Shown: in pieces, positions 46,532 to 57,146 of the stretch
Numbering within the stretch: position 1 is the stretch's first letter
Layout of the letters: each line of letters begins with the position of its first letter
Origin: Fonticula alba ATCC 38817
Lineage: Eukaryota; Protista; Nucleariida
Length of the DNA: 60,730 nt
NCBI GenBank assembly: GCA_000388065.2
Contig: KB932218.1
Strand: one strand, 5' to 3'
Notes under the pieces: model-generated
Told to the model about the DNA's origin: nothing
The model's database searches: none
What the model saw: only the letters and a program-made list of their open reading frames with translations
Made by a program: the position numbers and the translations under genes

Positions 46532-49500
46532 ATGGCGCCGGTTGCTCCGATCCCCGCGACAGCCGCCTGGGACACGCGTGTCCTGGCGATGGAGCTGCTC
46601 GACGGGCGGGTGTACTTGCAGTACGCGGACTTCTCCATCTCCGGCCCGGTGGCCAAGCACCTGGTGACCTTCGACCTGTGCCGGGCCTCGCGACCGGGCA
46701 CCGATGTGTCCGTCATCCGTCAATCCTTCGAGCATGGGGTCACGTTCCCCATGGGCCCGGGGGTGCCGCTCGGGTCGCTGAACTGGCTGGATCGGGTGCG
46801 TTGCGGCGACGCCGCGTCCCGGGGGTTTGGGCTTTTCCCTCGTTCCCCCCCCCGCCCTCGCGGCTTGGTGGGCGGATGACTGACAGCATGCACTTCCCGG
46901 GGGTCGGGGGCGGGTCCGGCTGGCGGCCGTAGGTGGGCGTCCCCGGGGACGCCCTCCTGGTGGCGGACAATTGCGCCCTCCTGGTGGACGGGAGCACCGT
47001 GAAGGTGTTCCCGTTCGAGGCGCGGGAGGACGATCTGCCCCGGCAGGCCGGCGGCCGGGCGCTGGAGGGCCTCCCCTGGACCGGGCTGCAGGTGGGCACC
47101 CGGCTGGCCGTCCGGCGTAACGTGGTGTTCCTGGAGCCGGCCCACCAGGCCATCGGCTTTTTGATGGAGGGCAACTTGCACTTCTTCCCGGTGCGTGCCG
47201 CATGTCGGCCGGGGGGCGGCCGGGGCGCGCGATCCCCCTGTCTGACATTGGCCCTCTTCTCCCCCCCCCCCCGCCCCCCTTTGGACGGTCTGCCGCACGG
47301 GCCGCCGGGAGCAGCATGTGCCGCCGCCCTTCCCGGCGGGGGCGCCCCTCCAGCGGGCGCTCTTCCGCGGGACCGGCAGCCAGCTCCATGTGCGCCTGGA
47401 CGCGCTGGAGGTGAGCGTGGAGTTCCTGTCGGTGGGCCGGGACTCGACCCGCGTCGAGGCGGTGTCCAAGGTGAGCGTGCAGCAGTGTCTGCTGTGCCTG
47501 GGCCTGGGCGCGGCCACCAGCCGGGCCATCGGGGACCTGGTGTCGACCGGCCGGCCGCACAGCCAGCAGGACTTCCGCAGCTTGGAGCATTGCGGCCAGG
47601 CGTGCTTCGACGTGTGGGCCACCTTGGCGGATGGGTTTTTCGTGCACTGCAACCGCGTGCTGGCCATCGTCCAGGGGCGCCTGCTGCTGGTGGAGCTGCC
47701 CGGGGAGGCCGTCGAGCCGGTTCCCCTGGCGGAGGTGGTCCTGCTGGAGGGCCTGTCGGCCAAGGCGCGCCTGGAGCGGACCACCACCCGCGGGCAGGCC
47801 CTGCTGGTGGACCCGGCCACGGAGCGTGCCTACTCCATCGACGTGGGGACGCACATCCGGTGGCCGTCTGCCCGGCCGAGGGTGCGTTTCGTGGGCGCGC
47901 GCGACTGGGGGCCAGCCGGGCGGATCTGGGCCGGGGGCAGGGGGGCAAGCACACCCTCGAGACCATTGACACGCGCGATGCCTGAACCGCATGCTGGCGG
48001 TGGCGGCGGCCGCGGTGGCCCGTAGCCAGCCCTCCCGGCGTACGTCGATTCGACCATCGCCCGGTCGCTGTACACCGGGGAGCATGTCGTCATGGTGGAT
48101 GAGACCGGGCGCCGGGTCATTCTGAGGGGCTTCGACCAGGACACCACCCGGCGGTACTACGAGCAGCCGGTGTACCTGTCACCGATGCCCAACGCGTCCG
48201 CGGACTTTTGCCTGCGGCCCATCGGCCGGCAGTCGCGGGACACGTCCGAGGGTGTACGTGATGGGGCCACTTGCGGGCCGACGCTTCCATGCGCGCACAC
48301 ACACACACACACACACGCCAGGGATTCCGCCGCTGACACACGGGTGCGCACATGTCGGGGGTGGCGGCGGCCCCCCCCCCCCCTCGGCGCCCCCGTTCTC
48401 CCTCGGGCCCCCCCCGGGATAACCGGCCCCGGGTTGCGAATCGCCGGGGTTGGGAAGGACTGCATGTGGGCAAAGGTTAATGCCGAAGAGGCGACCGTGG
48501 TGGGGCGTTGGACCTTATGCCGGTCGATCGGCCGACAAGATCGGCAGGGCGCGGTCGGTCCCCCTGTCGGCGACAGGGGGGCCCGTGGGAGCCGGGCAGA
48601 CCGGGGGCGAGGTACGCCGAGGGCCGTAGTCCGAGGGCGGGGGAGACACCGGGCGCGGGGGGGCCGCCCCTGCGCCCGGGGGGGGGGGGGGGAGCGGGAC
48701 GTGCGGGCGGCAACATTTTGGGGCTCGGCCGCGCGGGCAAGGTGTCAAGCGGCAGGGCAAGCACGCCTGCGNNNNNNNNNNCCCCCCCCCCCTTAGCCCG
48801 GGTATGGGTCCCTGCTGGACATGCGCCAAATGCTCTTCCGCCATGGGATGGCCTTCTCGCTGCACGGGACGCTGCTGGTGTGCCACAAGTACACCTTCGG
48901 CGAGCAGGACGCCCGGCTGGCGGCATTCGCATTCGCCCTGGACCTGGGCCCCCTGCCGGGGACTCTGAGCCTGGCCGAGGAGGGGGCCTTCGCGCACCTG
49001 CTGGTGGTGCTGGACGGGATGTGGTGCCTGCGGGTGTATCCCACCGAGCAGCACGTGTCTCACAGGCTGATGCCCTACCTGCCGGGGGTATGGAGCCAGT
49101 CCCGGGTACGCGACTCGCCGTGCTTCTTGGGCCCCGCTCGCCCCTCGCACACGCCCGGGGGTATTGCCATGCAGGCCGCCACTGACCGGGGATGCGGGGC
49201 CGGACACCGGGCCATGGCCGACGTAGCGAGCCCTCCCGGCGTCCGGCGGCTTTGCCACCTTCACGGGCCGGTTTTTCGCCGGCATCACACCGTCGTGGGA
49301 TCTGGAGGTGATTTACGGCACGGGCGTCGAGCCGTGGTCACAAACGCTGGACAGCGTGTCGGACTACGTCAAGGACGAGATGGAGTATCTGGATCGGGTG
49401 TTCCCCCAGCTTGGGTGCCTGAACGTCCTGGCCCTGGTCAAGGGGACGGAGGTGTACATGCTGCGCGCGCGGCACCCGGTCCAGATCACCGGCGTCCTGG

Positions 49501-49775
49501 AAAGTGTGCGTGTGGCCCGAGGGCCGGGGCCGCGCCCGGCAGCGAGCCATGTTGTCTCTGACGGTTCTTGCATTTTCCCCCCCTCGCCCCTGGCCCGAAG
49601 TCCGATGGCCACGATGTGATCGGCGTCTTCCGGGATCGGCCGTCCTGGCCGACGGTGGCCCTTTTGACGAGGAAGACGCTGGACATCTACCGGAAGTGGT
49701 GCGCTCACCGGGCACCGGGCGGCAAGCGCCGGGAGGGGCTAGGAGGGGCGGGGGCGGGGCGGGGGCGGGGCGGGG

Positions 49776-49813
<38 letters not shown>

Positions 49814-50953
49814 AGCTTCGGGGTGGGGCGGGGTTACCCCGAGGATTGGGTCAGTGGGGGCGCGCAGCCCCAGGGCGGCGGTGGCCCATCGTCATGGGTA
49901 CATTGGCCTGAAGCCGGTGGAGCGGGCCGCAGCGCGCAGACAGGGTAAGGGATGCAGGGGCTCAGACACCGACCTTGGCAGGGAGTCCCGACCTGGGTAG
50001 TCGCTTTTCCGGCCCCGCCCTGCGCTGTACCCTTGTGCATGCGCTTGCTCATGCACGCCGAGGAGAGGGGGCGGCGGGGCTGCCCCCCCCCTGTCAGGGG
50101 CTGCCTCCTGGCGGCGAGCGTGCACAAGCGTCGGCAGCAGGCGGGGCGGGGGCGGGGCAGGGCGGGGGCGGGGCAGGGCGGGGCGGGGCGAGCGAGCGCC
50201 AGGGCCGAGGGCCGCGCGGGTGTCTTGGCGCGATGCACCGGTGCTGACTCGGCTGGCGGCCGCTCATGATGCCCTCCGGGTCGCGGATGGCACAGGGAGA
50301 AGGACTCGTCGGTGAGCTTCGACACGCGGGAGTGCCTGGGCGCCTGGCAGCTGACCGACGGGTCGCTGGTGCTGCAGCTTGACGATGGGTACCTGGACCA
50401 GGTGCAGATGTCGCCCTTCCGGCATCGGAGCCGGGTCGTCGCCTGGCGAGGAGCAAAGTGTGCGTCGATGTCGGGGTCTGCCCGGATGCCCCGGGCCCGA
50501 TGGTGGGGGCGCGGGCGGGCAGCCCCCGGCCAGGCCTCGTGGGGGACATGCGTGCGCCGACTGACATGTGTGCGTGGCCGGGGTGGGATGCGGGAAAAAA
50601 AAAAAAGCCAAGCCCATCTGGGTGTGCCCCTGGTCGAGCCTGAGCTGGGTGTCCTACGAGTCGCCCGGGTGCTTTGTCTTCCATGCGGTGGCATTCACCG
50701 GTCCGGGGGCGCAGTGCGTGAAGCGGTCCTTCAAGCTGGACGTGTGGGAGTATTACCCAAAGTCGACGACCTTCGGCGTGTCGTTCCTGCTGCACGATCG
50801 GACCCTCTATTGTGCCATCATGTACGTCGGCGACCAGCCGCGCGCGGCCGGTGGATGGGGCCCTGTACACTGACACATGGCGGACCCCCTCGTCGGATGT
50901 CTCCCTCTTTCTTTCTTTCTCTCCCTCGCTGTGTGCGTGGCTGGCGGTGGCCT

Positions 50954-50999
<46 letters not shown>

Positions 51000-51305
51000 G
51001 TCTCCCCGCGGGCGTGCAGGTATGGCGGGCGGATTTTCCTCCTGACGGAGGACATGATTGCCGAGGCCTTTGTGGACTCCATGCGCGGCGATCTCCCCCG
51101 GCACGTTGCCTGCCACACGACGACCACCATGTCACGCAGCCAGTTTTCCATGCTCGGCGTCCTGCCGCAGATGGATGGCCCCACCCCGGAGGTGGTGTTT
51201 GCCATGGAGCGCCAGCGCCTGCAGTGCCTCAGCGTGGATGTCCTGCCCTTCTCGATGGAGGATGACGCCCGGCTGGAGGTCCTGCTGAGGATGGACTCCC
51301 CGTGA
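46532..51305 (+). CDS. Hypothetical ~875 aa beta-rich protein; exons 46532-46795, 46933-47190, 47354-47881, 48026-48253, 48797-49105, 49227-49505, 49601-49698, 50296-50459, 50608-50821, 51020-51305
   Basis: Strong GC3 codon bias. Nine GTGCGY/GTACGY donors with AG acceptors, most with a CTGAC/TTGAC-type branch motif, give one continuous frame. A few acceptors have alternatives, and gap 48772-48781 lies in intron 4. No family recognised. Confidence 0.78.
50955..51001. repeat. (TG)n in the last intron of the hypothetical gene
   Basis: Seen directly. Confidence 0.92.
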
Positions 51306-52601
51306 GCCCCGGGGCCTGGCCCCCTTTCTCCCCGACGCCGGGCCCGAGGCGCCGGGGCTCGGGGGGGGGGGGGGTCCGCCGCCGGGCGCAGGTGCGCCTG
51401 TGCCTGGCATCGGGGGAGGCTCTTTCCTCGCCCCCCGGGCCCCGGTTGGCCTCGTGCCCCCGGNNNNNNNNNNNNNNNNNNNNNNNNNNNNNNNNNNNNN
51501 NNNNNNNNNNNNNNNNNNNNNNNNNNNNNNNNNNNNNNNNNNNNNNNNNNNNNNNNNNNNNNNNNNNNNNNNNNNNNNNNNNNNNNNNNNNNNNNNNNNN
51601 NNNNNNNNNNNNNNNNNNNNNNNNNNNNNNNNNNNNNNNNNNNNNNNNNNNNNNNNNNNNNNNNNNNNNNNNNNNNNNNNNNNNNNNNNNNNNNNNNNNN
51701 NNNNNNNNCCGCGAGGGAGGCCCGCGCGCATCGGCCCAGGCTCCCGGGAAGGGGGGGGGGGCGGGCGGGAGGCAGCTGGTTGCGTGCCCTCCTGGCGTCC
51801 CCCCGGCCGCGATGGCGGTCGCCGCCATTTCATTGTGTACTCGCTGCCATCATATACGTACGCTTGCCAATTCGCGCGTCCTTCTCGAAGGTCACACGGG
51901 ACATTGCCACCGGCCGGTGTTCGGCTCCCCCTCAGGGGCGTGCAGGGAGCCTGCCTCGGCACCTGGACACTCGCTGTGCGGTGGCATGGGTGCCTGTTTT
52001 TGCGTGTGCGTCCATCTGCAATCCGCGTGCGTCGGTGCGCCCGGGCCTCTCTGGGAATGGCGCCTGCCCATGCGCGCTGCCGGGCCCTCCTTCGCGCCGG
52101 GCCGCACGGCGAGACGCGCGCCCGGCGCGTGGCCGGTCCGCCGCCGGCTTCCGAGCGGCGCACCCGACGAGGCCGCCGAGCTGGCTGCCAGGCGGGCGCG
52201 CGTCCGGCGGCGGCCTCGGCCTCGGGGCCGGCGCCACCGTGCCGCCTCCGGCCGAAGACCGCGTCGAGCGCTCGGAAGCCGGCGCTCGGTCGTGGCCCGG
52301 GACGTGACCACCGGGGGCGGAGGACGGGGGAGGGGGAGGGGACGGGGGGGCCTTGCCGAGCCGGGGTGTAGCACCCACGCCTCGGCCCTCCGTCCGGGAG
52401 GGGGCTGACACATGGCCGCATTGCTTTTGGGGGTGAGGTTGGGCCGGCGCCGGGCTGGCCGTGCCCCGGCCGGCATCCTGACCCAGCAGCCGCCGTTGTG
52501 GGCCGGGCTTCGGGGCCCGGCTGCCGGAGGGCCCCCGGCCGGGCTGGGAGCTGCGGTCGGGCGTGCGAGTCCCGCGCGGCGCCAAGCGCCCTGGGCCCGT
52601 G

Positions 52602-52667
52602 CTTGTGCGCCGTGAGGCGGGGCGGCGGGGCGGGGGTGTCTTGTGCGCCGTGAGGCGGGGCGGCGGG
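52602..52667 (+). repeat. 28-bp direct repeat CTTGTGCGCCGTGAGGCGGGGCGGCGGG (52602-52629, 52640-52667)
   Basis: Seen directly. Confidence 0.88.
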
Positions 52668-55600
52668 CCGAGGGTGCGGGGTGGCCCGCGGGTGTGCCCG
52701 CGGCACCGGGGAGAGGGGGAGGGCGATGTGAAGCGGGCGGGGGCAGGCTCGCCCCGGCCCCTGGGACCTGTGTTTTAGGCCCGGGAAGCGGGGTCGCGCC
52801 GGCGCCCGAGCCGATGGCTGGGCATCCGTGCGGGCTGGGGCGTCCGAAGCAGGGCGCCCCGCCGGACGGTTGGCAGATCCGGCTGCGGCGCGCGCGCGCC
52901 AGCGCCGTTGGCCGGAGATAGCTGATTGGCCGCTCCCGGGCGGATGGCGTTCGCCCGTTGGCCGGCTCGGGGCGCCACCGGACCGGCGGCCGGCGAGCAT
53001 GTTTGCATGGCGATGCCCTGGCGCCCGGGACTGGCAGAGCGAGCGAGTTTGTACGGGGGCGCACCCGCCGTGGATGGCGGCCGCGCTGGCCACGGCTCCG
53101 GGTGTCGGGCGCTTGCTTTGCGCATCTCGGCGGCGGGAGCCCCCATGTAACCCGCCGGGTCGAGGGATCATTTCGGTTACGAGCCGCACGTGCCCGACCC
53201 CTCACGGGCCCGGGCCTTGGGCGGCATTCCGCCCCGGGGCGGAATGCGCTGCGGGGCGCCGGACGGCGGGGGGGCGGTTCCGGAGTGTGGCCGGGCCCGG
53301 TGGCGGGGCTCTCCCCGGTGTGTACCCCTCGATCGAGCCCGGGGCCCGGAAGGCCGGGCGCCTGGTGGGGGGTCTCCCGAGGGCCACGACCCATGCGGCC
53401 GCGTGTCGGCGGGTCGGTGCGCGAGCGAACGCTGACGCGCCGGCCAAGCCCGCGGACGCCCGTCCTGAGCCCGCCCCGCGAGGCCCCCCCCCCCCCCACG
53501 CTCGGTGGTGCTTGCTCTGGCGCCTGGCCACCCACACTCGTCCACGGCCGAGGCACGGTCCTCACCCTTCGGGCGACGGCACTCCCTGGCTCGGTGTGGG
53601 CCCTGGCCGGCGGCCGGTCTCCGGCGTGGCTGCCGGCCGAGGCTCGGCCCTGCTGCGGGCACGGGGTGCGTCGTGCTCAGGCAGGGCAGGCACGTCCCCC
53701 TGCGAGCCGGTGCTGTCGGCCCGAGCAGCCGGGGAGACGGGCCCCGCCGGAGGGGGGCGGCGAGGAAGGGAGGGGCCGGGCAAAAAGCGGGCCCATATCG
53801 GCCCGGGCAAAAGCGTCCCCCTGGCTCTTCTTCCTGCGCCTGGTGCCTGCTCGCTGTCGGCGCCTTCGGTCCAGGCAGGTGGAGGGGGGCGCTGGTTGCG
53901 ACACCCCGCGCCGGGCTGCGTCAGGGGCCGCCGCCGTGCGCGGTCGTCCGCTTGGGGAGCGGGGTCGGCCTGGGGGCTTGGCCGCGGATGTGGGGCTATT
54001 CGGCCGCGAGCGAGGCCCCGCGACTGCGTGGATCCCCGCTCCCCCCCCCCCCCGGGGGGGTGCATCCGTCTCCCCCGGGCTGTGGCGGGTTTCCCTGCTT
54101 CGGGGGGCTCGGACGCGCTTCCGCCAAGCGGGGTCGGCCCGGGCGGTGCACACGGCCACCCTGGCCCGGGTCGCGGTCCGCCGGTCGGGGGCGGGGCCCA
54201 TCGCGGTGCGTGTGCGTCTCTGTCCCGGGGGCGAGCTCGGGGCCGGGGGGAACGCGGGCCCCGGCGGAGCGGCCCCTGGCCGAGGGTGCCCTCCTCGTGG
54301 TGCGGCGCGAGAGGAGCGCGCATCCCCCCTGGTGCTCGCATGTTCTTCCCCTGGGGCGTGGCTAGGGTGTCTGTGTGTGAGAGGGGGAGAGGGGCCGGGA
54401 GCGGCCCGTGTAATGCTGGTGGGGGCTGTTCGCGGCCGCGTCACGTAGGCGGTAGGGGCGGAGGGGCAGGGGAGTGCTGGATTGGGTGGCGGGTGCCCGG
54501 CTCGGTGGGCGCCCTCGCGCCCGGGGCCATGTCCGTCGGATGGGCGGCCGCTTGCGGGGGGCCGCCCCGAAGTCGAGACGGCCAGCAGCCCGGGCCTGGG
54601 GAGGTGTCCGACGCGCTGGACGCCCGGCCGGGCCATGGGCGCCGATGCCCACCGGGGCCGGCGGGGGTCTTCCCGCGCCGGGGCTCGCCNNNNNNNNNNN
54701 NNNNNNNNNNNNNNNNNNNNNNNNNNNNNNNNNNNNNNNNNNNNNNNNNNNNNNNNNNNNNNNNNNNNNNNNNNNNNNNNNNNNNNNNNNNNNNNNNNNN
54801 NNNNNNNNNNNNNNNNNNNNNNNNNNNNNNNNNNNNNNNNNNNNNNNNNNNNNNNNNNNNNNNNNNNNNNNNNNNNNNNNNNNNNNNNNNNNNNNNNNNN
54901 NNNNNNNNNNNNNNNNNNNNNNNNNNNNNNNNNNNNNNNNNNNNNNNNNNNNNNNNNNNNNNNNNNNNNNNNNNNNNNNNNNNNNNNNNNNNNNNNNNNN
55001 NNNNNNNNNNNNNNNNNNNNNNNNNNNNNNNNNNNNNNNNNNNNNNNNNNNNNNNNNNNNNNNNNNNNNNNNNNNNNNNNNNNNNNNNNNNNNNNNNNNN
55101 NNNNNNNNNNNNNNNNNNNNNNNNNNNNNNNNNNNGCGTTCTCGTTGGGGGGCTTGGTTTTGGTTCCCTGCTCCGGTGTCGAGCAGCTACCTTCGCCAGG
55201 GGGGGGGGGGGGGGGCCGGTCCCACCCGCGAGGTGCATGGTGCAAGGCAAGCGGGCGCTTCCCCCTCGCGCGCTGCCCATGCCCCCGGGGGCGGGGGCGG
55301 TTACTTTGCCATGTTCCTCGGGGGCCGATGCGCCGGGCCTCTCCGCGGGCGCAGTGCCGACGAAAGGCCGGGTCCCCGGCTGCGCGGGTCCCTGCTGAGA
55401 TGCTGCTCTGGCGGGTTTCGGCCGGTGCTGAGGATGGGCCCGCGTGCGGATGCTCGCTTGCCCGCGGCGGTGGCTCGGGTGCCCCCTTGCGCGGGGCATG
55501 GCCGCCAGCCGGCACGGCCCGCTGGCTGGGGGTTCGCCAGGGGGCTGGCCGGCGCCTCGCCCCGGAGGCCGGGCGGGTTTTTTTTTTTTTAGCCCGGCCA

Positions 55601-57146
55601 TGAGGGTCCTCCTCGGGCCGGGAAAGGATGGCCATGGGGCCCCTTGTCCGGACCGGCGGCCCCTTGCCCTGGCTGGCACATGGGGAGCGCCCTTGGGCCT
55701 GGTGTGTGGCCGGCGCGTGGGGCCCCGTCGGAAGTGGCCCAGCGGGATCCAGGGGCACCGGCAGCCCGGGCCTGTGCCTGGGGCCCGCTTTGTCGGGGCC
55801 GTGCGCGGGCGCCCCCCTCCGCGGGGGGCATTGGCACGGGCACATGCACGGCAAGGGGCGGCCGCGCAAGCCCCGGCCGGGGAGGCGGGCCGCGAGTGCC
55901 TGCCGGGCGCATGTGTGCCCGCGCTGTCCCCATGGCGTTGGGGGTGGCCGCCGGGGCCGGGCCCCATGGCCGTGCCCGGGATGCATGCCGGAGCAGCTGC
56001 TCGTGCGGGCAGCCCTCGGGCTATGGGTGGCCCGGTTGGGCCGACCGGCCTACGGGGGCGTCGATCGGCGTGTGGGCCGACCGGCGTCCTGCGTCCCGCG
56101 TTCGGTGGCTTGCATCCTGTGTGGGTGTGCATGTGCGTGTGTCTAGAGTGTCAGAGGGCGCGCGCGCGCGCGTGAAAGCCGCACGCGCCTGGCGTGCTCC
56201 GGCGAGGCCGGCTTGTGCCGCCATGGCAGGCTGCGCGCGCCCGCAGCGGCTTGCGCCGGGGAGGGAGCGCGAGCGGCGAGCGGCGAGCCCGGGCCTGGTG
56301 CCGGCGCTTGGCCGCCTGCGGTCGCCCCCCACCGGCAGGCAGGCCTCCCTTCAGGGGCAGCGGCACCACGGCGGCCGGGCCCCCTGCACCACGCCCGGCA
56401 TCCGGCAGAATGGGGGCACCTTGGCCGCCGGGCAGAAGGGGCAGGGCCCCCAATTGGGTGCAGACGACAGGCGGGCCCGGCCGCCACACGCCCGGGCAAG
56501 GGGGCGGCAGCGCGAGGAGGGGAGGGCCCCCTCGGGGCGGCCACGGCGGGCATCGGGAGGCACGGAGAGGGCGTCGCCCGCGCGGGCCGGCCCCGCCGTG
56601 CCGGTGTGCCTGCGCGCGGCCGGGGGGGAGGGGCACATGCGGGCCAAGTGGCTGAGGGGGGCCATGCCGAGCCGGGGGGGGGGGAGGGGGGGGAGCCCCG
56701 CCCAAGGCGCATGTCTGCCCGTGCGCCCCCCCCCTCCCCGGGCGGAGGCTGGGCAATGCACGGCAGCGCGAGGGCCGGCGGGCGGGCAGCTGCCGAGCGC
56801 CGATCACGCCACAGCTCAAATGTGATCGCCGCACATGCCGCCCCGGGCCCGGGGCGAGCCCCCAACGGACGCGCCCTCTCTTTTTCCTGCTTGCGGCCCC
56901 GCCGATGGGGCCGGGACGCGCCGGGGCGCCCCCGCCCGGGGACACGGCATCGGCCCTCTCCCCGAGCCGGCCTGCCCTCTCGGAGCCGCCCGGAGTCTCA
57001 AGGGCGGGCACCCTTGCAGGCAACATGCCCTGCCGGCTGGGCATTCCCTCGCTCTGTCTCCCCCCCCCCCCTCTCTCTCTCCCCCCCTCTCTCTCTCTCT
57101 CTACACTGCCTTTGCCTTCTCCCCTCCTCGCTCGGGTGTCATTCGG

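Noticed and set aside
53146-53180. GTAACC...GGATCATT resembling the 18S rRNA 3' end
   Set aside because: Only a few bases match and there is no flanking rRNA sequence.
51132-56825. Long ORFs running through N gaps
   Set aside because: Length is inflated by Ns and GC content; no coding signature.
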